A stretch of DNA of 64,000 nt. It comes from an uncultured Saprospiraceae bacterium (GTDB lineage: Bacteria > Bacteroidota > Bacteroidia > Chitinophagales > Saprospiraceae). Of the stretch, positions 1-9,635 are shown one piece after another (within the stretch, counting starts at the first letter, position 1; each line of letters opens with the position of its first letter). The notes beneath the pieces are model-generated. The model saw only the letters and a list, made by a program, of their open reading frames with translations. It was not told the DNA's origin and did no database searches. The stretch lies in NCBI GenBank assembly GCA_964495785.1, contig CAZBXL010000001.1:44406-108405 (forward strand), written 5' to 3'. Position numbers and translations under genes: made by a program.

Positions 1-525
1 GCGTATATGTTTCAAAAAAGGAGAAGCTATTTTTCTAAATAAATATGAATCTTGATTAAGATGTAAACTTGTAAAATAATAAGGGACTTTCTTTTCTTTC
101 AATACAGTTAGTAGATTGAACCAAAAATCATATTTTATAAAAATAACAGCTTTAGGTTTTATAATATCGATAAGCTTTTTTTGATTTTGTTGTGTGTCTA
201 ATGGTAAGTATATTTTCATAAAGTTAGAGTCTTCAAAACTTACATTAGTATACCCAGAAGGGGAGAAGAAACTCACTATAATTTTTAAATTTTGAATATG
301 ACTTCTAAGATCTTCGATGATGGGTTTTGACATTTCATATTCCCCATATGATGCCGCGTGTACTATCACGATGGGAGCATTACCCCAATTTTTTATATCT
401 GACTTTATTGCAGAAAATTGTCCTCTACGACCCCTAATCCAGAGTGCAGCTTTTTTATTAAATATAGAACTTATGAAAATGAGAATACCATATATCCTAA
501 TGCCTATGCTGTACAAAAACATCAT
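1..525 (-). CDS. waaA: 3-deoxy-D-manno-octulosonic acid (Kdo) transferase, N-terminal 175 codons; the 3' end runs off the window
   Basis: Absent from the ORF track because there is no stop in the window. My minus-strand translation from ATG 525..523 stays open to base 1: MMFLYSIGIRIYGILIF...NAPIVIVHAASYGEYEMSKPIIEDLRSH...KIYLPLD...IFIKYDFWFNLLTVLKEKKVP. It is collinear with E. coli WaaA (HSVSVGE, YLPYD, ETELWPNL). Confidence 0.8.
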   Translation of the reverse strand, partial: MMFLYSIGIRIYGILIFISSIFNKKAALWIRGRRGQFSAIKSDIKNWGNAPIVIVHAASYGEYEMSKPIIEDLRSHIQNLKIIVSFFSPSGYTNVSFEDSNFMKIYLPLDTQQNQKKLIDIIKPKAVIFIKYDFWFNLLTVLKEKKVPYYFTSLHLNQDSYLFRKIASPFLKHIR

Positions 526-531
526 TGTGAT

Positions 532-1281
532 CTAATAGTAAATCTCTTCTGATTCTCTTAAATCAAATATAGGAAGATACCACTTAGCTGATAGACCTAT
601 CAACACATCTAATCGCCTGGTATCATCAGGTAACTGAGTGTCAAAATTGACAGCTCTTGTATTTTTTGTAAAAGCCTGATTAAAAGTTAGTGCAATTTCA
701 TAATTGACACTTTTGCTTTTACCAATATGCAGGTATTTAATAGCTTGCTTTATATAGGGACCCATTGTATTGCGGTCATAGCCTTTAGAATAGTTGCCAG
801 AGAACTGAGTGGCATTGTTAGAGTCGTCTTGGATTCTAATATTATGCTGTATCATCCCGAATCCTAAGCCAATAGCGAATCCAGCTTTAGGGTTTTTCTT
901 GATAGGAAGGATTATTTTATTTGCATACACTCCTAATGCAACGCCTCTTTGTCTAAGGAATACGTCAGCCAATGATCCATTACTGCCTAATATTCTTCCG
1001 TTGTCTAATCTTAGAGGAGCGAGGACATCCTCTCTTACATTATCTCCAAACAATAAACCTCCCTCCAATCCATAGGTGCCATTAAACTTAGCATTGTAGA
1101 ACTCTAAGGAAAATGTAGCTCTAAAGTTAACTCCAAATCTATCAGCCATATCAGCCATAGGGATGTCTATCCCATAGCCAAATCCCAATCCTATGAAGTT
1201 TTCTTCTCTATAGTTTTCTTGACTATAAGCTTGCATCAAGCCTAATACTAAGCTCATTGTTATGAGGATTCTGCATATCAT
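532..1281 (-). CDS. Secreted outer-membrane beta-barrel-like protein of unknown function, 6 nt upstream of waaA
   Basis: Signal peptide MICRILITMSLVLGLMQAYSQ. Alternating hydrophobic/Gly-rich strands (GLGFGYGI, GFAIGLGFGM) and an aromatic C-terminus (EEIYY). No family recognised. Confidence 0.5.
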   Translation of the reverse strand: MICRILITMSLVLGLMQAYSQENYREENFIGLGFGYGIDIPMADMADRFGVNFRATFSLEFYNAKFNGTYGLEGGLLFGDNVREDVLAPLRLDNGRILGSNGSLADVFLRQRGVALGVYANKIILPIKKNPKAGFAIGLGFGMIQHNIRIQDDSNNATQFSGNYSKGYDRNTMGPYIKQAIKYLHIGKSKSVNYEIALTFNQAFTKNTRAVNFDTQLPDDTRRLDVLIGLSAKWYLPIFDLRESEEIYY

Positions 1282-1501
1282 GTGATAAAGTTAAGTAAAA
1301 CCCCTAAGTCTTAATGTCCTGATCACTTATTAAGCGATCAGATATTGATATCATATGTATAAAGATGTTATAATGAGTTATTTACATATGATAGTTGCGT
1401 CTATAAGAGTGATATTATGTAATTTCGCCTCTTAATGATATATAGAGATTATATTTAATGTATAATATCTAAGATTTAGACAATAACAACTAAGATAGAC
1501 C

Positions 1502-4261
1502 ATGATACTTACAAGGATTTCCATCAGAGTAATATGTATAGTAGTTCTGTCTTTCCTATCATTAGTCACACATGCACAGATATTCCCTCAGATAACTAAA
1601 GAGGACGTCGTCAAAGAACTGGAAAAACGGAATCTTGATGTAGATGAAGTAGAGCAAGCTTTGTTAGAGGAAGGTATCGACATTAATACCTTAGACGTAG
1701 AGAATATAACCAGTGAAGACCGGCTTACGATACAGCGTGTCATATTAGAAATGACGGCGAAGGCTAAGGAGGATGAAAAACAAAAAGAAGATGAAGCATC
1801 TGAAGAAGAATCAGATGATGACCTCGATGATACAGAAGCCATCATTAATGAAGAAGTTGATTCCTTAGAGGCTATCTTGTTATTAGAAGAACAAGAAGAG
1901 GAGATACCTGAAGTTACAATCTATGGTCAGGAATTATTCAGAAGAAATATCATAAAAGTACTTGACAAAAATGATGAGATTAATGCACCTGATTCTTATG
2001 TGCTTGGTCCAGGAGATAAGTTAGTTCTTTCTATATGGGGTAGGGTGAGCGTAGAACGAGAATATGTCATAAGACCAGATGGTTACATCAATGTAGATAA
2101 CAATAATGGTAACACAAGAATATTCTTAAAAGGGCTGACGCTGGGAGATGCTCGAGATAAAATCAAAAAGACACTTCAGAGACAATATTCTTTTAATGAA
2201 GGACAATTTAATTTGGCTTTAAATTTTTCGAGAACAGTCAAAGTCAGTGTACTAGGAGAAGTCATTAATTTAGGTGTCAAAGTGCTTCCTGCATTTAATT
2301 CACCGTTTAACGCTCTTGCTGCTGCCGGCGGTACGACTGATATAGGTTCATTAAGAAAGATTCTATTACAAAAAAACTCAGGAGATCTTGTTGTATTAGA
2401 TGTCTATGAATTACTAAAAGATCCTTCTTCAAGAAACAGATACTATCTTGAAGATAATGATCTTATCATAGTGCCTGCATCTCAGAATATTATAACCTTG
2501 GAGGGAGCTGTTAAGAGGCCCCTTAAGTACGAACTTATTGACGGTGAAGGCATAAAAGAATTATTAGAATACGCTGGGGGATTCGCTGAGAATGCCTACA
2601 AGAAGAAAATTCAAGTCAGAAGGTTTATAGATGACGACCAGAAGATAATAGATATAGACTGGAGGGATTATTCTGGTAACTCTAAGAACTTTCCACTTCT
2701 CAATGGAGACTTTGTCATTGTAGAGGCGATAGATAGCGAACCCACTAATTTTGTCGAAGTCATAGGAGAGGTGAAAAAAGAGGGGATCATAGAACGATCT
2801 GCCGGTATGCGTGTCTCAGATGCTGTTCTCAAAGCTGGCTTAACAGAGAACTCAAGTACAAACTTAGTGTACCTCACAAGAACAAACGATGATGGCACAA
2901 TCAGCTATGAAAAATTATACCTTAATGAAATTTTGAGTGACAAGTCTGTAAGCCAGAATATCTTTCTTAAAAATAAAGACAAAATAGAAATATGGTCTAA
3001 AGAAAGATTTATAGATAATGCAGAAATAACGGTAAGTGGATCTGTAAGATCTGAGGGTAAGTTTCCATTTGATGCAAGTAGGTCTATAAGGTTGAGAGAT
3101 GCCATACTACTGGCAGGAGGGTTGAGGAGAGATGCCTCAGATATAGCTATTATCCATAGAAATGACCCTCTCAATCCCCAGAGTAAGTCGTATAAAACAG
3201 TAGATAATCTCGAAGAGATTCTTAGCTCCCCAGATAATGAATACAACTATATTATGGAGCCATTTGATAGCCTTGTAGTAGAGTCTAAGGATGTATTTAT
3301 AGAAGAATCATTTGTAAGAATAGAGGGCGCAGTCAATAGGCCAGGAAGTTATCAATATGGAGAAGGAATTACCATCAGAGACCTTATGATATTAGCTGGA
3401 GGATTCAGACTAGCTGCTTCTACTAATAATATAGAAGTCTCTAGGGTTATTATGATCAATAATGAACCCACTAAAAGCGTAGTTGCTAACTTAGAAATGA
3501 ATAGAGACTTCGATGTCTTATCCAAAGGTGCCATTGATGGAAGTTATAAGTTAGAACCTTATGATAATATAAGTGTCAGATATAATAAAGATTTTGAACT
3601 ACAGAAAAGAGTCTTCCTCAAAGGTGAAGTAGAAGTGCCTGGACCCTACGCTGTATGGAAATCTAACCTGAGAATCTCGGATGTAATAGAACGTGCTGGT
3701 GGTCTGACAGAAGAGGCATTTCCCGCGGGTGCAACACTTATACGTATGGAAGAAGAGGTAGGACCTATAGTCATCAAGTTAGATGAAATTATGACTAATC
3801 CTAATTCAGAATTTAACTTTATTGTCAAGAATGGAGATGAAATATTTATTCCTAAGATATCCGAATTTGTAACAATTAAAGGTGCTACGAGAGTCCGTGA
3901 GGTCGTGAGTGAAGATGCCATAGAGGTCGGTAATGAGATCAGAGTACCATTTCATAAAAATAAAGATGCACTTTTCTACATTAATGAATTTGCAGGTGGC
4001 TTAGATGAGAAAGCAGATAAGAAAAAAATTCTTGTCAGATATGCCAATGGTGAGATTAAAAGACCTAAGAACGGTCTCTTCGTAAAGAAGTATCCTAAAG
4101 TCCTACAAGGATCAACCATAACTGTAGGTTATAAAACTGAAGAACAAGAGGAACAAGAGAAGAAAACAGATGTAGATTGGACACAACTATTAGGAGACTC
4201 AGTAAGCCAAGCTATGAGTATTCTTACACTGATATTATTGATATCAAGATTAGACGATTAA
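1502..4261 (+). CDS. Polysaccharide export protein, Wza/Poly_export family, with about 7 SLBB repeats and a C-terminal TM helix
   Basis: Signal peptide. Poly_export-like motif YVLGPGDKLVLSIWG. Recurring SLBB pattern (V.V.G.V..PG.Y......l.D.i..AGG....A), for example VRIEGAVNRPGSYQYGEGITIRDLMILAGGF and VFLKGEVEVPGPYAVWKSNLRISDVIERAGGL. C-terminal hydrophobic segment SILTLILLISRL. Confidence 0.75.
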   Translation: MILTRISIRVICIVVLSFLSLVTHAQIFPQITKEDVVKELEKRNLDVDEVEQALLEEGIDINTLDVENITSEDRLTIQRVILEMTAKAKEDEKQKEDEASEEESDDDLDDTEAIINEEVDSLEAILLLEEQEEEIPEVTIYGQELFRRNIIKVLDKNDEINAPDSYVLGPGDKLVLSIWGRVSVEREYVIRPDGYINVDNNNGNTRIFLKGLTLGDARDKIKKTLQRQYSFNEGQFNLALNFSRTVKVSVLGEVINLGVKVLPAFNSPFNALAAAGGTTDIGSLRKILLQKNSGDLVVLDVYELLKDPSSRNRYYLEDNDLIIVPASQNIITLEGAVKRPLKYELIDGEGIKELLEYAGGFAENAYKKKIQVRRFIDDDQKIIDIDWRDYSGNSKNFPLLNGDFVIVEAIDSEPTNFVEVIGEVKKEGIIERSAGMRVSDAVLKAGLTENSSTNLVYLTRTNDDGTISYEKLYLNEILSDKSVSQNIFLKNKDKIEIWSKERFIDNAEITVSGSVRSEGKFPFDASRSIRLRDAILLAGGLRRDASDIAIIHRNDPLNPQSKSYKTVDNLEEILSSPDNEYNYIMEPFDSLVVESKDVFIEESFVRIEGAVNRPGSYQYGEGITIRDLMILAGGFRLAASTNNIEVSRVIMINNEPTKSVVANLEMNRDFDVLSKGAIDGSYKLEPYDNISVRYNKDFELQKRVFLKGEVEVPGPYAVWKSNLRISDVIERAGGLTEEAFPAGATLIRMEEEVGPIVIKLDEIMTNPNSEFNFIVKNGDEIFIPKISEFVTIKGATRVREVVSEDAIEVGNEIRVPFHKNKDALFYINEFAGGLDEKADKKKILVRYANGEIKRPKNGLFVKKYPKVLQGSTITVGYKTEEQEEQEKKTDVDWTQLLGDSVSQAMSILTLILLISRLDD

Positions 4262-4263
4262 TA

Positions 4264-5472
4264 TTAATCAGCGTTAATAGCGGCGATACCAGGTAGTACT
4301 TTACCTTCAAGAAATTCTAACATAGCACCTCCTCCAGTCGATATAAAACTAACTTGATCGTCTAAGCCAGCTTTATTAATAGCAGCAACAGAATCACCTC
4401 CACCTATAAGAGAATATGCTCCAGTCTGAGTCGCTTCGGCCACCGCTTTAGCTATGCTGTTGGTACCTGTTGCAAATTTTTCAAACTCGAAAACGCCTAC
4501 GGGTCCATTCCATAATATAGTGGCTGAACCTTTAATTACTTTAGTAAATTCTTCTATAGATCTGGGTCCTATATCTAAGCCCATCCATCCATCTGGAATC
4601 TCAGAACTTGAACATACTTTTGTGTTAGCTTCCCTGTCAAATTTGTCAGCACATAAGTTATCTACAGGAATTAAGAGTTCTACGTTTTGATCTTTAGCTT
4701 TTTGTAGGATCTCTTTAGCTAAGTCTATATGTTCGTCTTCTACAAGAGAGTCACCGATCTGACCTCCTAATGCTTTGGTAAAAGTATAACTCATACCTCC
4801 ACCTATAAGTAGATTGTCAGTGAAATCTAATAATTTTTCAATCAATTGAATTTTGTCCGAGACCTTAGCCCCTCCCAGTATAGATGTCAGTGGTCTTTTG
4901 GGACTGTTAAGTACTTTATGAGCACTCTCTATTTCGGATTGCATCAGTAGTCCGAGTTGCCTATCCTCTTTATCAAAGTGTTTAGCCACTGTGTAAGTCG
5001 AGGCATGTTTTCTATGAGCTGCGCCAAATGCATCATTGATATAGCAATCGGCGAGTTGAGCCAACTTAGCTCCCATATCTTCATCTCCTTTTTTCTCTCC
5101 AGATTCAAATCTTGTATTTTCTAATAATAATACCTCTCCTGGCTTCAATGCTAATGCTTTGTCAAATGCTTCTGTACCTATAGTATCTTTTGAGAATTGA
5201 ACATCTTTGCCGAGGAGCTTAGATAGATGACTTACAAGATGCTGCAATGTAAATTTCTCCACCTGAGCAGTATTATCTTCTCCGGCTGCCATCTTAGGTC
5301 TCCCAAGGTGAGACATCAATATAACGCTGGCTCCTGCCTCTAACACAGCAGTAATGGTAGGTAATGTTCTGACCATCCTTGTGTCATCTGTAATGTCGTA
5401 AGAAGAGTCGAGTGGAACATTAAAATCTGCTCTGATTAATACTTTTTTACCTGTTAGATGAGAAGTGTTCAT
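4264..5472 (-). CDS. pgk: Phosphoglycerate kinase
   Basis: KKVLIRADFNVPLD N-terminus. Full-length collinear PGK with GGGDS...AA and STGGGA motifs. Confidence 0.97.
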   Translation of the reverse strand: MNTSHLTGKKVLIRADFNVPLDSSYDITDDTRMVRTLPTITAVLEAGASVILMSHLGRPKMAAGEDNTAQVEKFTLQHLVSHLSKLLGKDVQFSKDTIGTEAFDKALALKPGEVLLLENTRFESGEKKGDEDMGAKLAQLADCYINDAFGAAHRKHASTYTVAKHFDKEDRQLGLLMQSEIESAHKVLNSPKRPLTSILGGAKVSDKIQLIEKLLDFTDNLLIGGGMSYTFTKALGGQIGDSLVEDEHIDLAKEILQKAKDQNVELLIPVDNLCADKFDREANTKVCSSSEIPDGWMGLDIGPRSIEEFTKVIKGSATILWNGPVGVFEFEKFATGTNSIAKAVAEATQTGAYSLIGGGDSVAAINKAGLDDQVSFISTGGGAMLEFLEGKVLPGIAAINAD

Positions 5473-5510
5473 GAAAATTATTTTGAAGGAAAGAAAGAAT
5501 ATTTATACCT

Positions 5511-5548
5511 AAAAAAAAGAAAGCCGATCACTATGTAGTGACCGGCTT
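5511..5548 (-). terminator. Rho-independent terminator downstream of gap
   Basis: Stem 5521-5531 / 5538-5548 (aagccgatcac / gtgaccggctt). The single A/C mismatch on the plus strand becomes a G-U pair on the minus strand. Plus-strand A8 run 5511-5518 gives a T-run after the hairpin on the minus strand. Confidence 0.6.
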
Positions 5549-5564
5549 CAGCTTATTAACTTTA

Positions 5565-6557
5565 TTATACTTTAGCTGTAAGTTCTGCAAGTCTTGCAGA
5601 GTATCCAGCTTCGTTATCATACCAAGAGACGATTTTTACCATCTTGCCAGAAACCTTAGTTAACTGAGAATCAAAAATCGAAGAGTATTTATTTCTAACT
5701 ATATCAGATGATACAATAGGATCTTCTACATATTGTAGGATACCTTTAAGAGCTCCATTAGAGTATTTTTTAAATACTTTATTGATCTTATCTACTGTAA
5801 CATCTTTCTCAACAATGACGTTAAGTTCTACTAGCGATCCAGTAATGACAGGTACTCTTATTGCCATAGCAAATAACTTACCTTCCACGCCGTCTAATAC
5901 ATGATTAACTGCATCAGCAGCTCCTGTAGAAGTAGGGATGAGATTAATAGCAGCAGCTCTAGCTCTTCTTAAGTCACTATGAGGTGCATCCTGTAATCTT
6001 TGGTCTCCAGTGTAGCCATGTATTGTTGTCATAGACCCTTGTACTAAACCCCAATTCTCCATGATGACTTTCATAAGTGGAGCAAGACAGTTCGTTGTGC
6101 AAGATGCGTTACTTAATAATTTATCAGATTTTTTTATCTGATCATCATTCACACCAAGGACTATCGTCTTGATACCGCTACCTTTTGCAGGAGCAGAAAG
6201 AATTACTTTTTTAGCTCCAGCCTTAAGGTGTAATCCTGCTTTCTCAGCATTTCTGAATATACCTGTACACTCAAGTACGATGTCAATTTTATTTTTTTTC
6301 CAAGGAAGCTTGCTCGGGTCTCTCTCAGCCATAGCTAAGATATTTTTTCTACCTACCTTGATATGTGTATCAGTTGATGTGACTTTCTGGTCGAATGGTC
6401 CATGTGCACTATCATACTTTAATAGATGCGCTAATGTTGCATTGTCAGTTAAGTCATTGATTGCAACGACTTCGATATTTTTATTTTCTAATAAGTTTCT
6501 GAAAGTTAGTCTTCCTATTCTTCCAAAACCGTTGATCGCTACTCGCTTTTTTGCCAT
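5565..6557 (-). CDS. gap: Glyceraldehyde-3-phosphate dehydrogenase (type I)
   Basis: INGFGRIGR Rossmann motif and active-site SNASCTTNCLAP. Confidence 0.97.
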   Translation of the reverse strand: MAKKRVAINGFGRIGRLTFRNLLENKNIEVVAINDLTDNATLAHLLKYDSAHGPFDQKVTSTDTHIKVGRKNILAMAERDPSKLPWKKNKIDIVLECTGIFRNAEKAGLHLKAGAKKVILSAPAKGSGIKTIVLGVNDDQIKKSDKLLSNASCTTNCLAPLMKVIMENWGLVQGSMTTIHGYTGDQRLQDAPHSDLRRARAAAINLIPTSTGAADAVNHVLDGVEGKLFAMAIRVPVITGSLVELNVIVEKDVTVDKINKVFKKYSNGALKGILQYVEDPIVSSDIVRNKYSSIFDSQLTKVSGKMVKIVSWYDNEAGYSARLAELTAKV

Positions 6558-6633
6558 AATTTTTATTTAATGTTATTTACTATTAAAGTGCAAAAATAAT
6601 ATAAAGGATTCATCCATTTCATTATAATTTTAC

Positions 6634-7269
6634 TTACTTAACGTCAAAGTTACAATAAGTAGTGAAAACTTGATAGTTTTCATTTTTATATTGAGGGTGC
6701 TCTTCTGTGTCAGGAGCATATATGAAGACATCCATGCCTGCAGCTCTCGCAGCTATAGCACCGACCATTGTATCTTCTATAACTAAGGTTTTTGATGCAG
6801 TCCCATTCATCTTCTCGCATGCATATAGAAATAGCTCTGGTTCAGGTTTGAATTTATTGATATCATAAGCAGAGAATGTATTTTCAGTATTAAAGTACTT
6901 GTCTAATCCTGTCACTTTGAGTGTTGTCTTCATTTTGATCTGCGGACCATTGGAAGCAATACAGATAGGGACATTTAGTTTGTTTATAAATGACTCCACA
7001 CAATCCATCGCTTTCAGTTTTGCTTCAAACAAAACCTGTGATCTTTGTCTGAAAGACTGTTCAAAATTAAATTCTAATTTATCTTCTATGTGCTGATCAA
7101 TGTAGTCTGTAATAGTCGAAAAACCTTTGCCTCTGAATAGTTCTATGGCTTCATCCTCGCTGATGTCAAGTCCAATTTCTCTCAGCATGAGAGCTATAAG
7201 ACCATTGGTGAGTGTCTCAGTGTCAACAAGTGTCCCATCACAATCAAAAATGACCAATTCGTATTTCAT
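6634..7269 (-). CDS. HAD-superfamily hydrolase (subfamily IA phosphatase / beta-phosphoglucomutase-like)
   Basis: Motif I VIFDCDGTLVDTE, motif II IASNG, and motif IV-like VIEDTMVG. Confidence 0.8.
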   Translation of the reverse strand: MKYELVIFDCDGTLVDTETLTNGLIALMLREIGLDISEDEAIELFRGKGFSTITDYIDQHIEDKLEFNFEQSFRQRSQVLFEAKLKAMDCVESFINKLNVPICIASNGPQIKMKTTLKVTGLDKYFNTENTFSAYDINKFKPEPELFLYACEKMNGTASKTLVIEDTMVGAIAARAAGMDVFIYAPDTEEHPQYKNENYQVFTTYCNFDVK

Positions 7270-7485
7270 ATAACTTGGAAAAACTGCGTTAAGTAAATTA
7301 AAATATAATCTCTGAAGTCTAATTCTGTGAGGATTTCAAGTATTTATAAGCTTATTGTTCTCATTCTCGTCATAAAGATACGATGGAATTTTGTAAGACA
7401 TATTGAATAAATAAGCTTGGTCTCACAACTGTACCATAACTATATAATGTTATCTTCGTAAGTAGTAAATATATATTCTAATTCT

Positions 7486-8490
7486 ATGTCTAAAACTATA
7501 ATTCCATTAATCCTTCTTATCGCCCTGGGTGGCATATATTTTCTCACTAAGGATAATGATAATGATACCTCCATAGTCTTAGAGGATAGAGATTTTGTTG
7601 TGAAAGACAGAGAGTTGATTGACATCATCACTATTAATAGACCGGGTTACCCTGAATTGCACCTAAGTAAATCTGAAGGTGGTTGGTTACTAAATCAAAG
7701 AAGAAAAGCGAGTCCTCATGTTATGAGGAATCTCTTAAGTGTGCTTACGCGAATGGAGTTAGATTATATTCCCCCAAGGACTAAGTACAATAAAATCATG
7801 CAAGATATTAAGGACTTAGGTATAAGCGTGACGACCTACGATAAAGAGGGTAATGTATTGTCTGATTTTATTGTAGGAAAAAATAACAACGTCGAAAGTG
7901 GTACTTATGTCATTAAGAAAGGGGCTAAGCAGCCTTACGTGATGATTGTCCCTGCAGTAAGTGGTGGAATCAGAAATTACTTTACGCTGAGTGATATGAA
8001 TATAAGAGATAAGACAGTGATGGATGTCAACAGTGATGATATCGTCAAAATCACAATGGACTATAAGAAGAATAGAATTAACTCGTTTATAATTAATAAG
8101 GACAATGGAGGCGAACTTGAGATAGAGCCAATGGTACCCACCGACAGGACAATGAATGTCCAGCAAAACCAGAATCTCCTCGATGCATACGTCAAAAGCT
8201 TCAAGAAGATAGGAGCTGAAAATATAATGACTGGAAGACCTGATATGGATTCGATTAGTCATCACATCCCCTTCATAGAATTAGCTATTGACTTAAAGGA
8301 TGGCTCACAATTAGGATATAGTTTTTATCCAGTAATGGATATCGTAGATCCTGGTACAGAAATAAAATCAGTCATCGATTTAGATAAAATCGATAGATAC
8401 TATATGTTCTCTACAGATGGACAAAGTTATATCGTACAACAAAGATTAGTGAAGAACATAATAAAACCAATTAACTATTTTGGTCTATAA
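7486..8490 (+). CDS. Membrane-anchored hypothetical protein (DUF4340-like by architecture)
   Basis: Single N-terminal TM (IIPLILLIALGGIYFL) followed by a soluble beta-rich region. The DUF4340 assignment rests only on remembered layout. Confidence 0.4.
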   Translation: MSKTIIPLILLIALGGIYFLTKDNDNDTSIVLEDRDFVVKDRELIDIITINRPGYPELHLSKSEGGWLLNQRRKASPHVMRNLLSVLTRMELDYIPPRTKYNKIMQDIKDLGISVTTYDKEGNVLSDFIVGKNNNVESGTYVIKKGAKQPYVMIVPAVSGGIRNYFTLSDMNIRDKTVMDVNSDDIVKITMDYKKNRINSFIINKDNGGELEIEPMVPTDRTMNVQQNQNLLDAYVKSFKKIGAENIMTGRPDMDSISHHIPFIELAIDLKDGSQLGYSFYPVMDIVDPGTEIKSVIDLDKIDRYYMFSTDGQSYIVQQRLVKNIIKPINYFGL

Positions 8491-9634
8491 GGTAATCCTA
8501 ATAGTAGCGTGTCTTATTGCAGGTACTGCAGCTGATAGCCCTGAGCCTGCATGGGGTTTCTACGGTCATAGAAAAATCAATAGGATGGCCGTATTCACTT
8601 TGCCTCAAAGTATATTGCCACTCTATAAAAAAAATATAGAATACATAACAGAACATGCAGTAGATCCGGACAAGAGAAGATATGCTTCTAAAAACGAATT
8701 TGCTCGTCATTACATAGATATTGATCATTGGGATACATTGCCATTTAATAATGTTCCAAAATTATATCGAGATGCGATCCTCAAGTTTGGTCAGCTTAAA
8801 GCAATCTCAGAAAAAGATACAGTCATAGTAGATGTGGAAGAAAATTATCACATTGATATGTATCGAAATTTTCTCTATGAATACAGATTTGACCCTATTA
8901 TAAAAATAGAGAAAGAAGCACTGTATAACGTTACGGGTATAGATGTCAAAGAATACTCTGAATTTTATTTTGATAATGATATTGTAAATTATGGCATCTC
9001 ACCATATTTTCTTGAGTATTTCTATAGTAGACTGGTTTATGCTTTTGATAATAGAGACATAGATCAAATATTGAAAATCAGTGCCGATATAGGTCACTAT
9101 ATTTCTGATGCTCACGTACCTCTACATACGACACTTAACTATAATGGACAGCTGACAGGACAGATAGGTATACACGCTTTTTGGGAAAGTCGATTGCCAG
9201 AATTATATGCTGACTTTTCTTATGATTTCATTGTAGGTAGGGCAGAGTATATAGAGAATATCAGAGATTATGTATGGGAAATCATAAAGTCAAGTCATGA
9301 ACTTCTGCCTGAAGTATTAGAAAAAGAGAGGTTAATAAAAGCGGAGTTTCCTGAGGATAAACAATTCTGCTACGATGAGAGATTAGGCAAAACTATATGG
9401 ATACAGTGCCCTGAATTCAGCAAGGCCTATCATGATTCTATGGGAGATATGGTAGAGTCGAGAATGCGTGCATCTGTTCTGGCTATAGGAAGTATTTGGT
9501 ATTCAGCCTGGGTAGATGCTGGACAACCTGATCTGGAGTTAATCGAAAACGTCGTTTTAGAAACTGATACAAAAGAACAAGAATCTCTTGATGCGGCAAC
9601 AAATTCTGGGAAGATATATGGAAGAGAGCACTAA
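8480..9634 (+). CDS. Zinc-dependent phospholipase C / S1-P1 nuclease superfamily protein
   Basis: Signal peptide, then WGFYGHRKINRMA, HAVDPDKRRY, HYIDIDHWD and HYISDAHVPLHTT His/Asp metal-ligand motifs. Overlaps the upstream ORF by 11 nt. Confidence 0.55.
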   Translation: MVYKVILIVACLIAGTAADSPEPAWGFYGHRKINRMAVFTLPQSILPLYKKNIEYITEHAVDPDKRRYASKNEFARHYIDIDHWDTLPFNNVPKLYRDAILKFGQLKAISEKDTVIVDVEENYHIDMYRNFLYEYRFDPIIKIEKEALYNVTGIDVKEYSEFYFDNDIVNYGISPYFLEYFYSRLVYAFDNRDIDQILKISADIGHYISDAHVPLHTTLNYNGQLTGQIGIHAFWESRLPELYADFSYDFIVGRAEYIENIRDYVWEIIKSSHELLPEVLEKERLIKAEFPEDKQFCYDERLGKTIWIQCPEFSKAYHDSMGDMVESRMRASVLAIGSIWYSAWVDAGQPDLELIENVVLETDTKEQESLDAATNSGKIYGREH

Positions 9635-9635
9635 G

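Noticed and set aside
317-535. Plus-strand 72-aa ORF from the track
   Set aside because: It lies wholly antisense to the open, clearly homologous waaA reading frame (1..525, minus) and has no recognisable features.
9588-9635. Upstream start extensions offered by the ORF track (9588, and likewise 31728, 35950, 48163, 53985, 55604)
   Set aside because: Each extension overlaps the neighbouring gene or a terminator stem, or adds non-homologous residues ahead of a good signal peptide or conserved N-terminus. Internal ATGs at 9636, 31758, 35899, 48253, 54033 and 55625 fit better.
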